Shown here: one piece after another, positions 50,724 through 60,290 of the stretch
Position numbering within the stretch: position 1 is the first letter of the stretch
How the letters are laid out: each line of letters starts with the position of its first letter
Source of the DNA: Candidatus Poribacteria bacterium
GTDB lineage: Bacteria > Poribacteria > WGA-4E > WGA-3G
Direction: 5' to 3'
DNA: 64,000 bases
Assembly (NCBI GenBank): GCA_963663765.2
Contig: CAXXUA010000015.1
Location: 96,001-160,000, forward strand
The notes under the pieces: generated by a model
The model's database searches: none
Seen by the model: the letters and a program-made list of their open reading frames with translations, nothing else
What the model was told of the DNA's origin: nothing
Translations under genes and position numbers: made by a program

Positions 50724-51773
50724 GGTAGGAGCGCCCTCCCGGTCTCGACTGTGAAGTCGCTCCTAACAGTGTAATACCATTTTCATGTGATAATGTCTCA
50801 TTAGCAGCGAAAATCTGGTAGGAGCGACCTCCCGGTCTCGACTGTGAAGTCGTTCCTAACAGTGTAATACCATTTTCATGTGATAATGTCTCATTAGCAG
50901 CGAAAATGTGGTAGGAGCGACCTCCCGGTCGCGACTGTGAGGTCGCTCCTACCGAAGAGAGTAACCCCCTGCCAGTAAACATTAGAATTCCTTAATGAGA
51001 CAAGATTTATTTGAATTGGTATAATACCATTTTCATGTGATAATGTCTCATTAGCAGCGAAAATCTGGTAGGAGCGACCTCCCGGTCGCGACTGTGAAGT
51101 CGCTCCTACCGAAGAGAGTAACCCCCTTCCAGTAAACAGTAGAATTCCTTAATGAGACAAGATTTATTTGAATTGGTATAATACCATTTTCATGTGATAA
51201 TGTCTCATTAGCAGCGAAAATCTGTTAGGAGCGACCTCCCGGTCGCGACCGTGAAGTCGCTCCTAACAGTGTAATACCATTTTCATGTGATAATGTCTCA
51301 TTAGCAGCGAAAATCTGTTAGGAGCGACCTCCCGGTCGCGACTGTGAGGTTGCTCCTAACAGTGTAATACCATTTTCATGTGATAATGTCTCATTAGCAC
51401 CAAAAATCTGGTAGGAGCGACCTCCCGGTCGCGACCGTGAGGTCGCTCCTACCGAAGAGAGTAACCCCCTGCCAGTAAACAGTAGAATTCCTTAAATGAG
51501 ACAAGATTTATTTGAATTGGTATAATACCATTTTCATGTGATAATGTCTCATTAGCAGCGAAAATCTGTTAGGAGCGACCTCCCGGTCGCGACTGTGAGG
51601 TTGCTCCTAACAGTGTAATACCATTTTCATGTGATAATGTCTCATTAGCACCAAAAATGTGGTAGGAGCGACCTCCCGGTCGCGACCGTGAGGTCGCTCC
51701 TACGGAAGAGAGTAACCCCCTGCCAGTAAACAGTAGAATTCCTTAATGAGACAAGATTTATTTGAATTGGTAT
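50724..51773. repeat. Composite tandem array of nine REP palindromes in 93-bp and 157/158-bp units derived from MITE T1
   Basis: Palindrome starts at about 50725, 50818, 50911, 51068, 51225, 51318, 51411, 51569, 51662; long units equal the element at 80-235. Confidence 0.95.
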
Positions 51774-51822
51774 AATATATAATTAATTCTATAATCTACC
51801 ATAAGTATATAAGAGCCAAAAT

Positions 51823-53232
51823 TTATATAGTTAATACAACTTCAAATTCGTTATTTCCTGCTTCTAAAGTAAGTCTTAAAAAGAGCAAATGTTTATCTAC
51901 CCATGTGACCTCTTTTGCATTATGTTGATCTAATTGCAAACCGATATGATTTCCCCAAACTGTTATACCGTAAGGCATTGCTTTAGCTGATTCAATTGAA
52001 AATGTTATATGTAATCGTGATCGTTTACGTTGAGGGTTGAAATTTTCAACTTTAGGTAAATAGTATTCTACACCGTGAAGTGAAGCAGCCTGTTCCGAAG
52101 AACTGAATCCTACATTTTCCAAAACTGGTGGAGAAACATAGTTCTTCATTTCAATGGGTTCCATTGATCCTTCAACATAGGTGAATTGGCATTCTGCGTC
52201 GTAATAGAAAAACTCCTTTTTTGTATCTTGTGTCTGTGTAGAATATTCTTCGTTTGAAATATGCTGGTTAAAATCATTAGTTTCAAAATTGTTCAGAGTA
52301 TCCAGTGTATTTACTATAACAAAAGTTGGTTCAGTTTGTTGACATGTTGACCAATAATCATCAACCATATCTGATAGTGTATGCATTTTTGTGTTTTCAT
52401 TACTTGCCACCTGTTCAAAGTATTCCTCAAGTAGAGTTAAGGTCTCTTGTCCTAACTGTGTCACATCAAGAGCATTAATCTGATTGACGTAACTAAGCCA
52501 TCGATTCCACTTTGCATTTTCTACATAACTCACGAAATTGTGTTTTATAGCACCATTAATTAGAGATGCACGTAAGTTTTCTCCTTGACTATGAAGGTGT
52601 GATTCAGTTTGATAAGGTATACCTGCCATACTTCCGGCTGCCGACGTACTGAAATTATGTTGTTCTTTGGATGGATAGAAAAAGCCGAATGGACATCCCC
52701 TATCCCCCTCAGCTATGGAATCGCGTTCGTCCCAACGATAACCCCACAAACCTTTGAAACCTTCCTTTTCAAGTGCATCTACTAACACATTAATTTTGAA
52801 TTCTGCCCCTACGACACTCTGTTCAACCCAATCCAATGCTCTTTTAATTTTATTCCATTCAGTCCTTATATGTTGTGGTAATACTTGCCTCATTTTTACA
52901 AGATGTTCTGCCATGACTTCAAATGGGATTGATGACTGTAACATATTTATGTATTTGTTGTCATTGTATTGTTCCTGTGTAGTTTTTCCAGTGAGTGATG
53001 ATAGATGTGTATCCCATATTGATTTGATATCTAACATCATCACAATATCATCACCAAATTCTGTATGCCATTTATTCAGATCGTTAGACAACGATTGTGC
53101 TGAATCAGCGGTAATTGCCCATGTTATGGGAATACAGTATTTGTGTGCGAGTTTTGCTAATAGTCGCATCCCTTCCCGTAGTAACTGCTGATCCTCTGCA
53201 ATTGCTGTGCTAACAAGTCCATAATTTAACAT
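51823..53232 (-). CDS. Hypothetical protein (possible polysaccharide-deacetylase-like barrel at the N-terminus)
   Basis: Intact 469-aa ORF; IPITWA and DRGCPFGFFYPS motifs; function not established. Confidence 0.7.
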   Translation of the reverse strand: MLNYGLVSTAIAEDQQLLREGMRLLAKLAHKYCIPITWAITADSAQSLSNDLNKWHTEFGDDIVMMLDIKSIWDTHLSSLTGKTTQEQYNDNKYINMLQSSIPFEVMAEHLVKMRQVLPQHIRTEWNKIKRALDWVEQSVVGAEFKINVLVDALEKEGFKGLWGYRWDERDSIAEGDRGCPFGFFYPSKEQHNFSTSAAGSMAGIPYQTESHLHSQGENLRASLINGAIKHNFVSYVENAKWNRWLSYVNQINALDVTQLGQETLTLLEEYFEQVASNENTKMHTLSDMVDDYWSTCQQTEPTFVIVNTLDTLNNFETNDFNQHISNEEYSTQTQDTKKEFFYYDAECQFTYVEGSMEPIEMKNYVSPPVLENVGFSSSEQAASLHGVEYYLPKVENFNPQRKRSRLHITFSIESAKAMPYGITVWGNHIGLQLDQHNAKEVTWVDKHLLFLRLTLEAGNNEFEVVLTI

Positions 53233-53532
53233 TTTTTAGACTATTCTAAATAGAGAAGAAAACTGTGTCAGCATTTTTTTGTCGTGTGATTGATTTTTTT
53301 CCGACATATCTCACTCCCAATGAGATGTGTCAATGTCGTCTATTATTGATCATAGGAACAAACATCTAAGTGAAGTTCTATTATATCACATTTCACAATA
53401 ACATGCCAAAAACTTTACACACCCTACACACCCCATGCCAAAAGCAAAAAAATATGCAGATACCCCAAAATGGGTACCTGCCTATAAGTTAAAAATCAAA
53501 ACGAATTAGTCTAAAGAATACGCTAGTACCAT

Positions 53533-53952
53533 CTAAAATTTCATCACGAACTCCTGGGGTGGGAGTGTAATGTATACGGATAATGACTTCCTTATCGATG
53601 ATTCTATAGGCTTCATTGCTGAAAGATCAACACGCAAGATAATTTCATTGCTTCCAACTGCTGCAATAGCGTTTGCGCTAGTTGTAAATCCTATTCCAGC
53701 ACCTATCAAGGCCTTTTCTCATACAGAGTCAATCCATCACATCCCACCATCTTCAATTCTTTCCTGGTGTCTATTGGCTTTTCTGAATGCTTCCTCGCGG
53801 TTTACTCTCAGTATGTGCAGATATTCTAATGTTTTTCGTTCTCCTAATGTTTCCTCTCAATCTGCTATAGCCGTGTGTATGGATAGAATATGCGTTAAAG
53901 AGAATGCAAATAATTAGATTAGGCTTACTGTTCGCTTGTGTTGCATCATCAT
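53533..53952 (-). pseudogene. Decayed secreted-protein gene
   Basis: GAGGAG RBS, ATG, signal-peptide-like start (MMMQHKRTVSLI*LFAFSL...TAIA); 140-codon frame with four internal stops. Confidence 0.45.
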
Positions 53953-53967
53953 TATCTAAATACTCCT

Positions 53968-54100
53968 CAGAACTTACGCAAAAACGGTAGGCGGGGAATG
54001 CCTAAAGAAGCATGCGCGTGTGGCATGCTCCATGATTCATACCGTTGATTTGGTGCTTTGTAAGCGCGCTGGAACCCTATAAAAATACTGATTAATTACA
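53968..54100. mobile_element. Degenerate MITE family T3 with a nested insert; right TIR lost
   Basis: CAGAACTTACGCA left end; GTAGGCG-[insert 53994-54053]-TGCTTTGTAAGCGCGC. Confidence 0.7.
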
Positions 54101-54316
54101 TCAATGTTAATAATTGTGATAAAAAAGATCAAAACACATAAAACTATGGTAAATTATTGACCTAATTCTACACATTGATGAAACGAGATTCTACACATTG
54201 ATGAGACGAGGCTAGGAAACCCCCCCTACTGTTGTTAGAAAGTGTAGATATAATTCTATGCTTCACCATAGAATAAATGTAAAGTATATTTATCATCTTT
54301 CTTTCAAAAAACTCCC

Positions 54317-54344
54317 TTGACATACCCACACAACATGCTATAAT
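54317..54344 (+). promoter_or_regulatory. Consensus sigma-70 promoter of the protease-ankyrin array
   Basis: TTGACA-16 bp-TATAAT with extended -10 TG; a duplicate with a weakened -10 lies at 61592-61619. Confidence 0.7.
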
Positions 54345-54379
54345 AACCACATCAAGACAAAAGAAGGAGAGAACAACCC

Positions 54380-56245
54380 ATGAAAAAAACACGAATACCC
54401 AACACCCTACTCACGTTTGCTGTGATAACCGTCACCCTACTCAACACCACACCCACCGCACACGCATTTCTAAAAGTTCAGCGGTTGCATGATGATCATA
54501 AGATATTGATGAAGATAGTGCATGAACCGCACTGGGATATCATCTATGTTTTCGGTGAAGAATGTCCGGCAGAAAGAAAAGCTGAAGCGAAAGAATTTGA
54601 AGAAGAAATCGTCAAAGCAATCCAACTCTGGCTGCAACCGCTGCGTGAACTAAACACAGGAAAACCGATTGTCAACGAGTTCCGTTTCCAACAACACGAT
54701 GAACGACCATCGCTTGAAATCCAAGAAAAAGTAGACCTTATCATCACTGATTACTGTATACACGGACGCTCAAATGCGGGACTTGCAATTAAGTGGCCAC
54801 CTGATCTGGGATTGCGTAAGGGGTTGAATGTGGATGCGCGTTTTAGTGCTTTAGTGCATGAACTGGGGCATGCATTTGGGTTAGGTGATGCCTACGTTGG
54901 CAGGAGTGAACGTGAACCCAGTGTCAGTAAAGGCGGGTTAATAAATACCATCGGTACACAACCAGCTTCTGTCATGGCAATGCACCTAATTCTTATTACA
55001 GGCAGATTTCTCACTGAAGACGATGAAAACGGTATCGTCTGGCTATATAAAGTTGTGCATGAAGGTTGGGATGATGAGGATTGTCTTTATCCGAACTATC
55101 GGTTTGAAAAAGCACCGGATGGGTGTGTGCCGAAATGGCCGCTCATCTTTGAAATCAGGCAGGGACACGAAATATTTGCCAATCGCATCCTCGATGAAGA
55201 CCCGAACATTGATGTCAACGCACAAAACGCTATCGGTTTCTCTGCGCTCCATTATGCCGTAAAGGACAATCATTCGGATTTCCTCAATCGCTTACTTACT
55301 CATCGTGACATCAACGTCAACTTGAGAGATGACACAGGCAGCACAGTCCTCTTTTGGGCAACAAAACTCGGATTATACGGCGTAACGGACCGTATCCTGA
55401 AACATCCTGATGTTGATATTGAGATAGCCGATAACAGCGGCACCACACCGCTTCAATTGGCGATGGATGATAAAGAATACCGCATTGTCAATCAGATGTT
55501 GGAAGTGATCCACGATACCGCATGGACAGAGGTGAAAACGGATGTTCCTACACATCACCAATCCGTCTTTTATCTGGTTCCAGCAATTCGGAAGAATCGC
55601 ATTTTCCATGTGGGATATGTCGGGACGGTGCCGGGGAACAGAAACCTTTTCGTCGCACATAAAGCCAAGTCTGACTCTATATTGGATTATGCTGACAAAG
55701 AGATGATCTTGGTTGGACACAAAGGGGTTGTCGTAGAGGACATTTTGATACGGGAGTTGGGTAGTTTCCCTCGCACGGATGGAGAGACAGGGAGTCTCCT
55801 CTTATCAATCAAAGGCATAGACATGTCCGACTACAAACCGCTACAACTCGCTGAGTTTCCTGTTCAAACAGAGACGACTTTGGAGCTGCTCTCCTACAAG
55901 ATGGACGCTGCGGAACTGACAGTTTCAGAGAGAAAGGATGCGTTGCGTCTGCCGTTGCAGGTGCGTTCCTGTGACTCTCTACCACACGCGGATTTAGAAG
56001 CACAGCAGCTACGTCAACATCTCTGCGGGACGTTCAACAATGTATCGGATGGGTCGTTATTCTTTGACAAGTCGGATGGATCGTTGATTGGGTTCTACAG
56101 AAAGGATTATCCAAGGGAAGATATTGACGAGGGGTTGCCATTAGCGGATGTTGTCTCTGAAGCGTTGATGCGTGGGGTCGGCAGGTTACCTGTGGAATCG
56201 GAGGACAAGTTGGCAACAACGTGGGGTGGTTTGAAACAGCGATGA
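54380..56245 (+). CDS. Secreted zinc metalloprotease-ankyrin repeat protein, copy A (long form with extra C-terminal domain)
   Basis: Signal peptide ...TAHA; HELGHAFGLGD plus Met-turn SVM; ankyrin repeats (GFSALHYA, GTTPLQLA); ends KLATTWGGLKQR. Confidence 0.88.
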   Translation: MKKTRIPNTLLTFAVITVTLLNTTPTAHAFLKVQRLHDDHKILMKIVHEPHWDIIYVFGEECPAERKAEAKEFEEEIVKAIQLWLQPLRELNTGKPIVNEFRFQQHDERPSLEIQEKVDLIITDYCIHGRSNAGLAIKWPPDLGLRKGLNVDARFSALVHELGHAFGLGDAYVGRSEREPSVSKGGLINTIGTQPASVMAMHLILITGRFLTEDDENGIVWLYKVVHEGWDDEDCLYPNYRFEKAPDGCVPKWPLIFEIRQGHEIFANRILDEDPNIDVNAQNAIGFSALHYAVKDNHSDFLNRLLTHRDINVNLRDDTGSTVLFWATKLGLYGVTDRILKHPDVDIEIADNSGTTPLQLAMDDKEYRIVNQMLEVIHDTAWTEVKTDVPTHHQSVFYLVPAIRKNRIFHVGYVGTVPGNRNLFVAHKAKSDSILDYADKEMILVGHKGVVVEDILIRELGSFPRTDGETGSLLLSIKGIDMSDYKPLQLAEFPVQTETTLELLSYKMDAAELTVSERKDALRLPLQVRSCDSLPHADLEAQQLRQHLCGTFNNVSDGSLFFDKSDGSLIGFYRKDYPREDIDEGLPLADVVSEALMRGVGRLPVESEDKLATTWGGLKQR

Positions 56246-56327
56246 TTGTAGGAGTGGTATCTAATTGACAAACAAACACCAAACAAGATACCATAAACAC
56301 AAACAAACGCAACAGGGGACAACACAC

Positions 56328-57569
56328 ATGAAGAAACCGATAATACAGAATATCCTACTCACGTTTGCTGTGATAACCGTGCTCCTACTCAGCACCACAC
56401 CCACAGCACACGATTTTACCTCCTTGAAACATCAACTTGGGGGACTTGGGGGAACAGCCGATTCCATTATACTCATAGAGAAAGTGCATGAAAAACATTG
56501 GGACATCGGATATGGATTCGGACCGGACTGTCCAGCAGACTATAAAGCAGAAAGCAAACAAATTGAAGATCTGATTACCAAAGCACTTCAACTCTGGCTC
56601 CAACCCTTACGTGAAATAGAGACAAAAGAACCGATTGTCAACGAGTTCCGTTATCAAAACTACGAAAGCAACGAATTAACATCCGAAATATTAGAAAACA
56701 TATTAGAACTTTCAGTCTTAAATACGTGCCTAGTTGATAGATCAGGGATAGGGTTTGATCAACGTTATCCACCCGGAATTATAATGCGTATGGGAACACA
56801 TTTGGGAGACGAATTTTTTTCCACACTGGTGCATGAAATAGGACACGCTTTTGGGTTAGGTGATACCTACGTTGGCAGGACTGAACGTGAACCCAGTATC
56901 ATTAAAGGGGGGTTAAGAATTACCATCGGTACGCAACCGGCTTCTGTTATGTCAACGCACCTGTATTTCCGTTACTCTGGTGGAGGCAGATTTCTCAGTG
57001 AAGACGATGAAAACGGTATCGTCTGGCTATATAAAGTTGTGCATGAGGGTTGGGATGATGAGGATTGTCTTTATCCGAATTATCAGTTTGAAAAAGCACC
57101 GGATGGGTGTGTGCCGAAATGGCCGCTCATCTTTGAAATCAGACAGGGACACGAAGGGTATGCCAATCGCATCCTCAATGATGACCCGAACATTGATGTC
57201 AACGCACAAAACGCTATCGGGTTCTCCGCGCTCCACTATGCAGTGACAGGTAATCACACTGATTTTCTCAATAAGTTGCTTGCACGTCCTGACATCAACG
57301 TCAATTTGACAGATGCGCGCGGCAAAACGCCACTCCATTATGCCATCGGAGAATACAACGGCGCGGTAGTGGACGCATTATTAGCGCATAAGGATATCTT
57401 GGTGCATCTCGCAGACAATGCAGGACGGACACCTGTCGCAGTCGCAAGAGAGAACGGACACACAAGGTTAGCCTCAAGACTGATAACGCATCCGAATTAT
57501 GCACTTTCAGTGGCACCACATCGAAAGTTAGCCACGACGTGGGCATCCCTCAAAAAACCCCGCCTGTAG
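56328..57569 (+). CDS. Secreted zinc metalloprotease-ankyrin repeat protein, copy B
   Basis: HEIGHAFGLGD; ankyrins GKTPLHYA and GRTPVAVA; ends KLATTWASLKKPRL. Confidence 0.88.
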   Translation: MKKPIIQNILLTFAVITVLLLSTTPTAHDFTSLKHQLGGLGGTADSIILIEKVHEKHWDIGYGFGPDCPADYKAESKQIEDLITKALQLWLQPLREIETKEPIVNEFRYQNYESNELTSEILENILELSVLNTCLVDRSGIGFDQRYPPGIIMRMGTHLGDEFFSTLVHEIGHAFGLGDTYVGRTEREPSIIKGGLRITIGTQPASVMSTHLYFRYSGGGRFLSEDDENGIVWLYKVVHEGWDDEDCLYPNYQFEKAPDGCVPKWPLIFEIRQGHEGYANRILNDDPNIDVNAQNAIGFSALHYAVTGNHTDFLNKLLARPDINVNLTDARGKTPLHYAIGEYNGAVVDALLAHKDILVHLADNAGRTPVAVARENGHTRLASRLITHPNYALSVAPHRKLATTWASLKKPRL

Positions 57570-57633
57570 TCGCGCACTGCATCACGCTTCGGACATTCAC
57601 TAAACTGAAATAATGCAAAAGGAGACAACACAC

Positions 57634-58983
57634 ATGAAAAAACCGATAATACCCAACATCCTACTCACGTTTGCTGTGATAACCGTCACCCTACTCAGCA
57701 CCACACCCACCGCACACGATTTTACCTCCTTGAAACATCATCTTGGGGAAAGAGCCGATTCCATTACACTCATAGAGAAAGTGCATGAAAAACATTGGGA
57801 CATCGCATATAAATACGGACCAGACTGTCCAGCAGACTATAAATCAAAAAACAAAGAAATTGAAGATCTGATTACCAAAGCACTTCAACTCTGGCTCCAA
57901 CCCTTACGTGAAATAGAGACAAAAGAACCGATTGTCAACGAGTTCCGTTATCATAACAACGATAACAACGAAATAACATTAGAAATATGGGTAAACATAT
58001 TAGAACTTTCAGTCTTAAATACGTGCCTATCTGATAGATCAGGGGTGGGGTTTGATCACCGTTTTCCACCCAGAATTATAATGCGTAAGGGAACAGATTT
58101 GGGAGACCAATTTTTTTCCACACTGGTGCATGAAATAGGACACGCTTTTGGATTAGGAGATACCTATATTGATGCCTTGAGGTATCTTGATTTAGGTATA
58201 AGTACAGGTGGGCTCCCTCAGCTTGTTGGTACGCAACCTGCGTCTGTTATGGGTATGCATTTTTACCGGCACGGTTTATCTTGGCAATCCGAAGACGATA
58301 CAAACGGGATTATTTGGCTTTACAAAGCAACTTATGAAAACTTGGACGTTAAGGATTGTTTTTTCACAGACTATATGTTTGAAGAAGTTGAAGATACTCC
58401 TGTACTGGGGTGTGTGCCGAAATATCCGCTCATCTTTGAAATCAGGCAGGGACACGAATACTTTGCCAATCTCATCCTCAATGAAGACCCGAACATTGAT
58501 GTCAACGCACAGAACGCGATCGGTTTCTCAGCGTTACACTATGCTGTCACAGGCACTCATTTGGATTTCCTCAATCGCTTGCTAAATCATCGTGACATCG
58601 ATGTCAACCTCAAGGACGAACGCGGCAAAACGCCACTCCATTATGCCATCGGAGAATACAACGGCGCGGTAGTGGACGCATTATTAGCGCATAAGGATAT
58701 CTTGGTGCATCTCGCAGACAATGCAGGACGGACACCTGTCGCAGTCGCAAGAGAGAACGGACACACAAGGTTAGCCACAAGACTGATATCGCATCCGAAT
58801 TATGCACTTTCAGTGGCACCACATCGAAAGTTAGCAACGACGTGGGCATCCCTCAAAAAACCCCATAGGTGTCAACTTAAGAAAAAAGTGTTGGCATATT
58901 CTCTTGTGGGAGGGGTTTTTAACCCCGATTTGAGTGGAAATGAACATAAAATCGGGGTTGAAAACCCCTCCCACAAGAGGTAA
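57634..58983 (+). CDS. Secreted zinc metalloprotease-ankyrin repeat protein, copy C (C-terminus extended by a MITE)
   Basis: HEIGHAFGLGD; ankyrins; KLATTWASLKKP followed by a MITE-encoded tail. Confidence 0.88.
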   Translation: MKKPIIPNILLTFAVITVTLLSTTPTAHDFTSLKHHLGERADSITLIEKVHEKHWDIAYKYGPDCPADYKSKNKEIEDLITKALQLWLQPLREIETKEPIVNEFRYHNNDNNEITLEIWVNILELSVLNTCLSDRSGVGFDHRFPPRIIMRKGTDLGDQFFSTLVHEIGHAFGLGDTYIDALRYLDLGISTGGLPQLVGTQPASVMGMHFYRHGLSWQSEDDTNGIIWLYKATYENLDVKDCFFTDYMFEEVEDTPVLGCVPKYPLIFEIRQGHEYFANLILNEDPNIDVNAQNAIGFSALHYAVTGTHLDFLNRLLNHRDIDVNLKDERGKTPLHYAIGEYNGAVVDALLAHKDILVHLADNAGRTPVAVARENGHTRLATRLISHPNYALSVAPHRKLATTWASLKKPHRCQLKKKVLAYSLVGGVFNPDLSGNEHKIGVENPSHKR

Positions 58984-59006
58984 AATTCCTTAAGTTGACA
59001 CCTATG
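58864..59006. mobile_element. MITE family T5 (TIR CATAGGTGTCAACTTAAG) with an internal GTGG-REP doublet and about 19-bp TSD
   Basis: Perfect 18-bp TIRs; GGCATCCCTCAAAAAACCC duplicated on both sides; empty sites visible at the ends of copies B and D. Confidence 0.93.
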
Positions 59007-59098
59007 GGCATCCCTCAAAAAACCCCGCCTGTAGTCGCGCACTGCATCACGCTTCGGACATTCATTAAACTAAAATAATGCAAAAGGAGACAACACAC

Positions 59099-60226
59099 AT
59101 GAAAAAACCGATAATACCCAACACCCTACTCACGTTTGCGGTGATAACCGTCACCCTACTCAGCACCACACCCACCGCACACGCCTTTACGCATTTAAAA
59201 CAACAAAAAGGGACAGATGATCTTCTTCTTCTGATTGATAAGGTTCACGAAAAACATTGGAACATCGTTTATACATTCTCAGATAAGTGTCCAGAAGAGA
59301 AGAAAGAAGGAGCCAAGCAGTTAGAGGAAGACATCGTCACCGCACTTCAAATATTGCTGCAACCGCTGCGAGAATATGATACCAAACTCCCCATCGTCAA
59401 CGATTTTCGGTTTCAAATGGTGCCAGCAATAGAAGGGAAATGGATAGCTATCGATGACTTGATGAATGCCACCTTTGCTGTTGTTGACACATGTGAACGT
59501 GTTAGGAGTGTAGCAGGTACGGACGATAAATTTATCCCGCATCTGGTAATGGGATATACAGATTTTGGTGAACCACATTTCCTTTCTACACTAATACACG
59601 AAATAGCACATGCATTTGGTCTTGGAGATACATACATCGGAAGGGGTGCTGCCGAAACTGCAGTGTCAACTGGCGGTATGGAAGATATTATCGGCACACA
59701 ACCCGCCTCCAGAATGGCAATACATCTTCATCACTTCGGATACGGCTACATCAGCGAAGACGATACAAACGGTATCATCTGGCTATACAAGGTGCATCAC
59801 GAAGGTTTATCCATTGAGGATTGCTTCTTTCCTAACTATAAATTTGAAGAGAAACCGGCAGGCTGTATTCCAAAATGGCCGCTCATCTTTGAAATCAGAC
59901 AAGGGCATGAAGTCCTTGCTATCCGCATCCTCAACCAAGACCCGAACATAGATGTTAATCAACAGGACGATCTCGGTAATACGGCGTTGCATTACGGTGT
60001 TATGGGTGAACATCAAAAGTTTATTGAAGCCCTACTTGAACATGGTGGTGTGATTATGAATCGTCGCAACAAAGCAGGAAAAACCCCACTCAGCCTTGCG
60101 CGTGAGATTGGCAATGAGGTGATTATCACCGCGATTGAGGAACATAAAGATAGACTTCGGTTAGCAGTTGATCCTCAGAACAAGTTAGCCACTACCTGGG
60201 CATCCCTCAAAAAACCCCGCCTGTAG
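59099..60226 (+). CDS. Secreted zinc metalloprotease-ankyrin repeat protein, copy D (most divergent)
   Basis: HEIAHAFGLGD; GNTALHYG and GKTPLSLA; ends LAVDPQNKLATTWASLKKPRL. Confidence 0.88.
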   Translation: MKKPIIPNTLLTFAVITVTLLSTTPTAHAFTHLKQQKGTDDLLLLIDKVHEKHWNIVYTFSDKCPEEKKEGAKQLEEDIVTALQILLQPLREYDTKLPIVNDFRFQMVPAIEGKWIAIDDLMNATFAVVDTCERVRSVAGTDDKFIPHLVMGYTDFGEPHFLSTLIHEIAHAFGLGDTYIGRGAAETAVSTGGMEDIIGTQPASRMAIHLHHFGYGYISEDDTNGIIWLYKVHHEGLSIEDCFFPNYKFEEKPAGCIPKWPLIFEIRQGHEVLAIRILNQDPNIDVNQQDDLGNTALHYGVMGEHQKFIEALLEHGGVIMNRRNKAGKTPLSLAREIGNEVIITAIEEHKDRLRLAVDPQNKLATTWASLKKPRL

Positions 60227-60290
60227 TCGCGCACTGCATCACGCTTCGGACATTCACTAAACTGAAATAATGCAAAAGGAGACAACACAC

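Noticed and set aside
50724-51773. Possible CRISPR array of palindromic repeats, and ORF 50704-50982
   Set aside because: Intervening sequences are themselves repeated and match the MITE at 80-235; the ORF is just translated repeat.
53570-53917. 115-aa plus-strand ORF
   Set aside because: No RBS or recognisable motif; it is the antisense of a probable minus-strand pseudogene.
54145-54270. 23-bp tandem duplication (54165-54210) and TTCTAC...GTAGAT resembling a Cas12a repeat
   Set aside because: Only two adjacent copies with no spacer; lies within a degenerate TATGGT...ACCATA MITE-like element.
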